A stretch of 64,000 nt of DNA, taken from assembly GCA_965230915.1 (NCBI GenBank), contig OZ246395.1, forward strand, positions 536,935 to 600,934, in the 5' to 3' direction. Numbering within the stretch: position 1 is the stretch's first letter; every line of letters begins with the position of its first letter. Made by a program: the position numbers and the translations under genes. Below the pieces are notes generated by a model that was not told where the DNA came from, did no database searches, and was given only the letters and a program-made list of their open reading frames with translations. The DNA is from an uncultured Candidatus Saccharibacteria bacterium. GTDB taxonomy: Bacteria; Patescibacteriota; WWE3; 2-01-FULL-39-13. Below are positions 18,911-26,325 of this stretch, one piece after another.

Positions 18911-19980
18911 TGAAAGCCGAAACAAAGTTACTTTTAGAAAAAATATTTAAGCTAACCTTTGGTATTTTCTTTATAATTTATCTTTGGATTCCGATTGTTA
19001 AAATGGACTTCAAATTTGCTGAAGTCAAAGCTGGGTCAGACAAGGAAAAGTTAAGTGGCATTCCTATTTTTAATCCCAGGTATCCGACTGAATCTATTTT
19101 ATCTTTTGAAAATTATTTTGGAGAAAACTTCGGGCTACGTAACCAGTTAATTACACTAAATAATAATTTAATTATTTTCACAACAGGTTATTCAAAACAA
19201 GCAAAAGTTGTGCTTGGACATGATGGCTGGTTATATTTTGAAGAAGGTTTAGTCGATAACTGGCGAAGACCTCCCTATACATATAAACAATTGGTAGATA
19301 TAAAAAATGATACAGTGACCGTAAAGGACAAATTAGCTGCTAATGGCATTCGCTATGTTATGGTAATAGCCCCTGATAAACATAATATATACCCTCAATA
19401 TTTGCCTAATGATTTTAAGAAGATTGCAACAAACCAACGAGCTTCACAACGCATAAATTATTTAAAGGAAAATACCGATATAGCAATTGTGGACTTAAGG
19501 CAGCCACTTTTATCAGCGAGAGAAAAATATCAAACATACTACAAAGCAGATACACATTGGAATAGTTATGGGAGTTTTATTGGCTATCAGGAAGTAATGA
19601 AAGAATTAAAGTCACAATTTCCAAACCTAGAACCATTAGAACTCGATGACTTTAACATTACTGTGTCTAGTAAGCAAAATACTGGTGATATGGCTAAAAA
19701 CCTTGCAATATATGATAAATTTAACGATAAAGAAATTACTTTAACCTTAAAAGAAGGAGTAAAAGAAGAAAAATTAACAAAAGATAAGAAGCTCAAAAAA
19801 GCAGTGGTCTATTTAGATTCGTTCTTTTCCCCTGGATATTCCTGGACCACCCTACAATACTTAAGACATCACTTCGATGTTGTGCTAGATTTCCCGAATC
19901 ACGAAGCATACGATTACGAAATGTTAATGAACCAAAAACCAGACGTTGTTATCTATGAAATCGTAGAACGTCATTTATAA
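18907..19980 (+). CDS. DHHW/AlgJ-AlgX-like acyltransfer partner protein (extracytoplasmic, SGNH-like)
   Basis: 4-nt overlap with the MBOAT gene. N-terminal TM helix. YKADTHWNSYGSF matches the DxHW motif of AlgJ/DHHW proteins that pair with MBOATs. Confidence 0.55.
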   Translation: MMKAETKLLLEKIFKLTFGIFFIIYLWIPIVKMDFKFAEVKAGSDKEKLSGIPIFNPRYPTESILSFENYFGENFGLRNQLITLNNNLIIFTTGYSKQAKVVLGHDGWLYFEEGLVDNWRRPPYTYKQLVDIKNDTVTVKDKLAANGIRYVMVIAPDKHNIYPQYLPNDFKKIATNQRASQRINYLKENTDIAIVDLRQPLLSAREKYQTYYKADTHWNSYGSFIGYQEVMKELKSQFPNLEPLELDDFNITVSSKQNTGDMAKNLAIYDKFNDKEITLTLKEGVKEEKLTKDKKLKKAVVYLDSFFSPGYSWTTLQYLRHHFDVVLDFPNHEAYDYEMLMNQKPDVVIYEIVERHL

Positions 19981-19984
19981 TTTA

Positions 19985-21508
19985 TTATTTCTTTCTATAA
20001 ATTCTAACCAAAGGCGTATCATCCACTTTTACGGAATGGATCTCATTATAATTTTCCAGAATTTTTAGCTCAGGACTATTATAGTAGTGGTGATATTCTG
20101 ATATTAAAATTAAATCTGGTGGGTTTAGCGGATCATATTTATCATAAAACTTTAATCGCTCATCGTATAACGGTGCGGTATGCTGTGGGTACAACAATTG
20201 TATAACCGACAAATTTTTATCAGCAAAAGTTGAATTAACATAATCCACTGCTTCGTGTATTCCTTCACCCCACCAGGCATAATCGAATAAATGGCTCTTA
20301 TAAACATTACGCGTTCCTCCATAAAAAATATTATAGTAGTCAAGATAATATGGAGTGAAAACACTTAAACTCCACATTACGGAACAGATCGCAATCACCG
20401 CAATAATTGGCCGTATTTTTTGATTTAGGCTATGTATAAATGTAGCAAACCCATATCCGGCAATTATCGCCAGCGCCGGAAAATATGAAAATACATAGCG
20501 AATTCCATCTTGTTTTAATCCTACAAAGGAAATTAAAAATGGAGTTAGAAACCATGCAAAAGTTAAGACTAAATATTGCTTGTGGTTTTGTGGAACTTTT
20601 CCTAGGACAAAATATAAAATAGTGATCAAAAAGGATAATAATACTAGTGGCTGGGTTGTCGCTGTAAAATATGTAAAATAATAGTACCAACCAGGTTGGC
20701 CAAGTGATCCTAAGAAGTATTCTCCCGAGTGTGCATTTCTAAAATATCCGAAACTTTTTAGTAAATTAAGCGGGTTTGGCCAAATCCAAGGCCACAGCAT
20801 GTAGATTAGAAATGCGACAAAAAATATTCCACTAACATTTATTAATAATAAATTGCGGCTGAAAGTTTTCTTTTTGAATAAGTAATAGCCATAAGTAAAT
20901 ATATAGAAGAATACAAAAAAGAGCCCGCTGAATTTTGTCAAAAAAAGTAGCGCAAAAAAAAGAAATGATAAGTATATTTTTTTGAAGTCAGGTTTCGAAG
21001 ATCTAAATAATCCTTCAATATAAAAATAAACTAATAATAAAGAAAATAAGGCTTGTGGCGTTTCTAGTCCAGCAACTGCATTATGGCCAATAAAGTGCGG
21101 CATTAGTGCCAAAAATAATGCTGAAAAAAAGGCTTTACGCTCGTCGAACCACTTCGTCGTAATGTAATATACAAAGAAAATTGTTAGTACCCCTATAAAC
21201 GCGCTTACAAGCTTTGCCAAGAAATAGCCTTTATCTTTATGAAAACCTTTATCTACTAAATCATGAATCGCAGGGACTCTATGTTCTATAAAACCAGGAA
21301 TTCCAAAAATATATTTGGCCATAGGTGGATGCTCATAGTTTACGATCCAAATATTATGGCTAAAATCTAAATTCTTAATACCACCAATGTAGATTTCCCC
21401 ACTGCGAACAACCGAAACTTCATCATACATTTCATCATTGCGAACAATTACTAAAAATCTTAAAACAAAGGCGATTAATAGGATCGATATAATAAGTGGT
21501 TTATTCAT
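19985..21508 (-). CDS. GT-C fold glycosyltransferase (family 39 PMT/ArnT-like)
   Basis: 507 aa, about 11 TM helices, and an extracytoplasmic loop after the first TM (VRNDEMYDEVSVVRSG...) as in ArnT/PMT-type glycosyltransferases. Confidence 0.5.
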   Translation of the reverse strand: MNKPLIISILLIAFVLRFLVIVRNDEMYDEVSVVRSGEIYIGGIKNLDFSHNIWIVNYEHPPMAKYIFGIPGFIEHRVPAIHDLVDKGFHKDKGYFLAKLVSAFIGVLTIFFVYYITTKWFDERKAFFSALFLALMPHFIGHNAVAGLETPQALFSLLLVYFYIEGLFRSSKPDFKKIYLSFLFFALLFLTKFSGLFFVFFYIFTYGYYLFKKKTFSRNLLLINVSGIFFVAFLIYMLWPWIWPNPLNLLKSFGYFRNAHSGEYFLGSLGQPGWYYYFTYFTATTQPLVLLSFLITILYFVLGKVPQNHKQYLVLTFAWFLTPFLISFVGLKQDGIRYVFSYFPALAIIAGYGFATFIHSLNQKIRPIIAVIAICSVMWSLSVFTPYYLDYYNIFYGGTRNVYKSHLFDYAWWGEGIHEAVDYVNSTFADKNLSVIQLLYPQHTAPLYDERLKFYDKYDPLNPPDLILISEYHHYYNSPELKILENYNEIHSVKVDDTPLVRIYRKK

Positions 21509-22965
21509 TAGTCTATGCGATATAAATTTCTACCATTTACTGTAAAAATCTTCGTTGCTTTTGTAGAGCCTTTGATTCTATATAACTCTTTCATAAGTGT
21601 CTCATCAACTGGTTGACTCGTATCTAAATAGTAAACCAATTTTGAGTCAGAAGATTTAGCCCACTTTATCCACGAAAAATATCTATCTTTTAATTCTGAT
21701 TCAGGCTCGTAATACCATAACATATATAAAAATGGCTGCGAATCCTCACCCAATATATCAAAGTCCGCACCAGCGGAATCACGCCTTATATTTTCATATA
21801 TTAATTTTTGTGTATAAAACTTATCCTCTTCTGAAGTGTAATTAAAATAATTATATAAATTCTGTGTAACTATTATTAAAAACAGAATTAGAATTGGAAA
21901 ATATGTTTCTTTCCTTTTTATTTTCGCTAAAAGGGCTGCTATAAAAATAACCATCCATGGAATCAAAACAGATTGAAACCAGGCTTCGTGTAGCCCAACG
22001 TCGGTAAATTTCATTACAAATCCAAAAACTATTGAATATAATGCAATTATAAATGCCAGAATATTTATAAAATCCCTTTTTTGATAAGTCTGAATGGCAA
22101 AATAAAAAACTGCCAAAATCAGAAGGATACTCAAGAAAACATAAAATGGCGCACTTGAATAAAACAGCGTCGTAGAAGTATTTAGGCTATAGATTTTGAA
22201 AAAATTATTCATATAATCTATAAAACTTATAGCCTCTGTTTTAGGAGTGTTTAGATATTCTTGAATTTTTATAATATCCCAACCATTAAACTTCTTTTCC
22301 TGATATGCATATGGCAAAGCTGCCGCTACAAAGAGAATTAATCCTGAGTACGCTAATTCTTTAACTGAAAATTTAGGTCTTAAAATTGCGGCTAAAACAA
22401 CTAGAACTGGAATTACGAAAAACCCACTTGGATGAAAACTTACTAACATTGCTAGCGAGAATGAAATTAAAATACTTCCAATCCAATTTGCTTTTTTTAT
22501 TTTTAGAAAAACACCATAAATAAAAATTAGTGCGAACATTGGCATAAAACAGGGATTCAATCCGAACGCTCCTTCTTTTATTACTAAAAATGAAACTGAA
22601 TAAATTATTGTTGCAAAAATTGAGGTAGTCCTTCCAAAAATTTCTTTTGACGTCCAAAAAATTAAAATTAGAGCAATAATATTTAATACCGAAGAAGTAA
22701 TAGCTGGTGCTAATGGGTGGAATCCCATTACAAAATAGAATGGCGCAATAAGATAATAATAGATCGGACTTAGGTGCGCCCATACTAATGAAAAAACTGG
22801 TCCACGATATTGCCATTCATGATACTTAAACATCTTGTAAGTTAAAATCACATCGCGGGAATTGTCATGGCCAAAAGTCCCAAATTGTTCAATATTATAA
22901 AAACGCAAAAAAACACCCAGTAGAATTAAAACAATCGTAGTTGCATAATAATAATTTATCTTCAT
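21508..22965 (-). CDS. polytopic membrane protein, GT-C-like glycosyltransferase (second copy)
   Basis: 485 aa. Topology resembles the neighbouring GT-C protein, with a 1-nt stop/start overlap. Confidence 0.45.
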   Translation of the reverse strand: MKINYYYATTIVLILLGVFLRFYNIEQFGTFGHDNSRDVILTYKMFKYHEWQYRGPVFSLVWAHLSPIYYYLIAPFYFVMGFHPLAPAITSSVLNIIALILIFWTSKEIFGRTTSIFATIIYSVSFLVIKEGAFGLNPCFMPMFALIFIYGVFLKIKKANWIGSILISFSLAMLVSFHPSGFFVIPVLVVLAAILRPKFSVKELAYSGLILFVAAALPYAYQEKKFNGWDIIKIQEYLNTPKTEAISFIDYMNNFFKIYSLNTSTTLFYSSAPFYVFLSILLILAVFYFAIQTYQKRDFINILAFIIALYSIVFGFVMKFTDVGLHEAWFQSVLIPWMVIFIAALLAKIKRKETYFPILILFLIIVTQNLYNYFNYTSEEDKFYTQKLIYENIRRDSAGADFDILGEDSQPFLYMLWYYEPESELKDRYFSWIKWAKSSDSKLVYYLDTSQPVDETLMKELYRIKGSTKATKIFTVNGRNLYRID

Positions 22966-23030
22966 TGATTCTGGCAGAAATTATTGGCTATATATTACGG
23001 AGTATAACAAATTGCTATATAATTGCTTTG

Positions 23031-23750
23031 ATGAATCACCTTTTTACTGACAAAATTCAATCTAACAATTCCGAATTTATACAGCTAACTCAGGATGTTT
23101 TACAATCAAATTTACTTGTAGTAGGTGAAGTACATGGAGTAAAAGAAAATGCATTTTTATACTATTCCCTATTCCATTTGTTCGAGCTAGACACCATCGT
23201 GCTCGCATATCCTCAATCATTAAAAGAACCTTTCATGAATTTTTTAACAACTGGGGTTTTTCCAATTCATTATTTAACTGGAAGTATTTCTGATGGAAGT
23301 GTGAATAAAACTTATATGCTTCTTTTTAAAACTTTATATAACGAAGGGATTTTAAAGAAAATTGTATTTATCGAACCTGATCGTAAGGATTTCCCACACT
23401 GGAACGACAAAGAAAAAAACACTTTTGAAAATTTGAGAAACGAAGATTTATCCCAAAATAAGACGCTAGTTATTCTTGGCAATATGCATACCGAGACTGA
23501 ACCTTTTACGATAAATACAAATGTGCAGTCAGAATCAGGATCGCTAATTCCAATCGCTTATCATATGCGTCAGCATTATGGAATGTTCCCGATCTGCAAA
23601 CTTTTTTATCATTCCGGGAAATATTATAATTTTGAAGTAAAAGAATTTCCTAAGACACACACTCCAGAGCATATGCTTAGAAAGCGTCAGACTAAATCAA
23701 TGGAGTATGAACTTCATTTAGAAAACGTAACGCCAGTAGATAACTTTTAA
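23031..23750 (+). CDS. ChaN/EreA/TraB/Tiki-superfamily protein (GxxH motif)
   Basis: LLVVGEVHGVKENAF resembles the GE.H..E metal-binding motif of the ChaN/erythromycin-esterase/Tiki superfamily. Start moved to the internal Met (MNHLF...) to avoid overlap with the divergent upstream gene. The track ORF begins at 22941. Confidence 0.45.
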   Translation: MNHLFTDKIQSNNSEFIQLTQDVLQSNLLVVGEVHGVKENAFLYYSLFHLFELDTIVLAYPQSLKEPFMNFLTTGVFPIHYLTGSISDGSVNKTYMLLFKTLYNEGILKKIVFIEPDRKDFPHWNDKEKNTFENLRNEDLSQNKTLVILGNMHTETEPFTINTNVQSESGSLIPIAYHMRQHYGMFPICKLFYHSGKYYNFEVKEFPKTHTPEHMLRKRQTKSMEYELHLENVTPVDNF

Positions 23751-25234
23751 GTTAAAAGGGATATTGCATATACTAGTAATACCAATGCAGAAATTAATGG
23801 AGAAATTTCCGCAATTTTTTCGAATCTGCCGTAAGCTCCCTTTTTTAAGTGAGTCATTAAAAACACCACAAATGCTAAGGCAATAAATATACCTAGACCA
23901 AAACATAAAATAGCAGGTACTAGAACCCATATTTTATTGGTTGATAAAATCAACATAAATATCGTCCAGCCAAAAACACATGGCGCAAGCCCCGCCAAAA
24001 AACCTAATGCCAATTGTTCCTTAAAGGTAACTTCTGTATTAGCATCAATGTGAACATGCCCTGGAATTTCTAAATTGGTATTTTTTGAAATCATCTTTTT
24101 CAGGAAATATTGAACGTTCCTAAAGAGTAGAAACACAGACATGAATAGAAGTGCATATGCTGCAAATTTTTCGATCATAGAAAAATGAGAAAGTATATCG
24201 AAGTAGTTATCAACCGCCAATAAGATAAGTCCAACTATTATAATGTCGCCTAAATGTGTAATGGTAAAAATTGTTGCATACGCAATGCCTTTTTTAAAAC
24301 TCATTCGATTATGAATCATGCTTGATGCCAAAATAGTTTTACTATGTCCTGCTTCTACAGTATGTAAAAAGCCTAAAGCTAAAACTAATATTAAAAGCAT
24401 GGGAACCGATTGATCCTTAGCGATTGCAGTTTTTAAATATAAAGTATCGCTTAAAGTTGTAAGCCAACTTCTTTGCTTTGGGCCAGGGCCAACCGGAGAT
24501 GTGCTTGGCTTTTCAGCAGGACTACCAACCGTACCATTTGTACCTGTGTTTGTATTAATTTTCGTATTTGCCTCAACTTTAAATTCATCTGGAAGATTTT
24601 CAGTAACCTGTTCAGCCGGTAAATTTGCTGAATTTATAACAGTTTTATCTCCTTGCGGGTTATTTTTTAAATCGGAGGCATTAAATTCGTAAATTTGATT
24701 GTTATTCCCTAAAGTTGTTGCTATTAATAAATTTTCGCCATTGTTTATCCATATATGATTACTTTCGTATGGGAAATTAGTCAAAAACAATTTATTTTCG
24801 ATTTTAACGTTTTCTATTTTTGATGCGCAAATATATGACCCAATCACACGTGTCCCAAGCGAAAGCGAAATTTGATCCTCCGTAACTGGTGATTCATCTA
24901 TCTTTATAGTGCAATCCTGACCATTATTTGTAATCTTTATGTTGTTTTTAACATACTCGTTATAAATATCCTGGTATTTCAACAGCTCCATAATGTCAGT
25001 TTCTTTTTTGCCTGTTGATGCGTCGACTAAAATCGCCGCCTGAAGCCAATTTAAATATGAATACATGTTTATCTGATTTTCATTCATCGTGCTGTTATCA
25101 ACTTCTTTTTCGTAATAGAAGTAAGAATCAGTGATATCGACAGGATCAGCGAAAACTTTCGATGGTTTTATAAAAAGTGGAAGTATACCTAAAGAGATTA
25201 ATAGGACTATCAGTAATTTTTTGTACACGATCAT
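23747..25234 (-). CDS. membrane protein: signal peptide + extracytoplasmic domain + Pro/Thr linker + C-terminal polytopic (NicO/HupE-like?) domain
   Basis: 495 aa. Linker NTNTGTNGTVGSPAEKPSTSPVGPGP, then about 6 TM helices containing His and Cys residues (LHTVEAGH, ITHLGD, GLAPC). Confidence 0.55.
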   Translation of the reverse strand: MIVYKKLLIVLLISLGILPLFIKPSKVFADPVDITDSYFYYEKEVDNSTMNENQINMYSYLNWLQAAILVDASTGKKETDIMELLKYQDIYNEYVKNNIKITNNGQDCTIKIDESPVTEDQISLSLGTRVIGSYICASKIENVKIENKLFLTNFPYESNHIWINNGENLLIATTLGNNNQIYEFNASDLKNNPQGDKTVINSANLPAEQVTENLPDEFKVEANTKINTNTGTNGTVGSPAEKPSTSPVGPGPKQRSWLTTLSDTLYLKTAIAKDQSVPMLLILVLALGFLHTVEAGHSKTILASSMIHNRMSFKKGIAYATIFTITHLGDIIIVGLILLAVDNYFDILSHFSMIEKFAAYALLFMSVFLLFRNVQYFLKKMISKNTNLEIPGHVHIDANTEVTFKEQLALGFLAGLAPCVFGWTIFMLILSTNKIWVLVPAILCFGLGIFIALAFVVFLMTHLKKGAYGRFEKIAEISPLISALVLLVYAISLLT

Positions 25235-25237
25235 AGA

Positions 25238-25600
25238 TTAGTCTAAATAGTCATAAAAGACAAATTTTGGAGTACTGGTATATGGATTTACCAGTACCAT
25301 TAAAACTTTAATTTTGAGTTCACAATCATTAAATCGCCGATTATCAGCTAAAAATTTATATATACCCCTTCTAATTTTATGCACTTTGAATGCGTTAACC
25401 GATTTATAGTGCTCCTTTAGGTCAAATTCGATACGTGTTTTAACTTCGATAAAATATAGCACGCTGTCTTTTTGAGCAATGATGTCGATTTCCGAATATT
25501 TGCCATATCGATAGTTTCTAGCGATTATTCTATATCTTTGGCGAATAAGGTAATTTCTGGCATATGATTCACCCAATTTACCCAACAAAATGTTGTTCAT
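25238..25600 (-). CDS. yraN: YraN-family (UPF0102) endonuclease-like protein
   Basis: GKLGESYARNYL....YRIIARNYR...EIDIIA....FIEVKTR matches the UPF0102 signature. Confidence 0.8.
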   Translation of the reverse strand: MNNILLGKLGESYARNYLIRQRYRIIARNYRYGKYSEIDIIAQKDSVLYFIEVKTRIEFDLKEHYKSVNAFKVHKIRRGIYKFLADNRRFNDCELKIKVLMVLVNPYTSTPKFVFYDYLD

Positions 25601-25656
25601 GTCTAAAATTTATCTTAGTTTTGTGAAAAATTTCTTAATAGAAAGTTAAAAGAGGA

Positions 25657-26115
25657 TTATCTTTCTTTAATTTTTGAAGCAGCTTTTCCTGTTCTTTCTC
25701 TTAGGTAGTAAAGTTTTGCGCGTCTAACTTTTCCTGAAGCTCTAACAGCTACAGATTCAATATTTGGAGATGACATTGGGAAAATTCTTTCTACGCCAAT
25801 ATTCGCAGCACCCATTCTTCTAACGGTGAATGTCTTTGAAACGCCGGAACCTTTGATACCTATAACAATACCTTCGTATGGCTGAACTCTAGATTTTGAA
25901 CCTTCAATAATCTTATAGTTAACAACGACCTTATCACCTACTCTAAATTTTAGTTTTGGAGTATCAATAGCTTCAGTTTCAGCTGTTTCTACTGCTTCTG
26001 CAGTATTTGCTTCATTTGTATCAGCAACTTCAACAGTTTCGGCTGTTTCAGCTACTTCTGGAGTCTGATCTGTGACTTTGGTTGAATTGTCTTGTGTATC
26101 AGGTTGGTCGGCCAT
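25657..26115 (-). CDS. rplS: 50S ribosomal protein L19 with ~55-aa acidic N-terminal extension
   Basis: C-terminal 100 aa align with the L19 core ([29 protein letters not shown]...TFTVRRM...GVERIFP..SP.I.....[22 protein letters not shown]). The extension is [32 protein letters not shown]. Confidence 0.9.
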   Translation of the reverse strand: MADQPDTQDNSTKVTDQTPEVAETAETVEVADTNEANTAEAVETAETEAIDTPKLKFRVGDKVVVNYKIIEGSKSRVQPYEGIVIGIKGSGVSKTFTVRRMGAANIGVERIFPMSSPNIESVAVRASGKVRRAKLYYLRERTGKAASKIKER

Positions 26116-26325
26116 TACGCAGGAAATTTTAACCTATTTCTATAATTTCCGCAATATATAAGCCTATTTAGGGAAAAACGGATAGCCAGCAGGTCGGAAT
26201 TAATTATAGTGCACTAAAGTGCTAAAGATCGCCATTGATCTTACTATAAGAAATCCCTTCCTGCTGGCTGAACTGATGACTTACCTCTCGCGGGGGGTCC
26301 TATTTAAGGCAGTAAATAGGCCTCG

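Noticed and set aside
22941-23030. Upstream 30 codons of the ChaN-like ORF
   Set aside because: They overlap the divergent start of the neighbouring minus-strand gene. The internal Met gives a cleaner arrangement, but this is uncertain.
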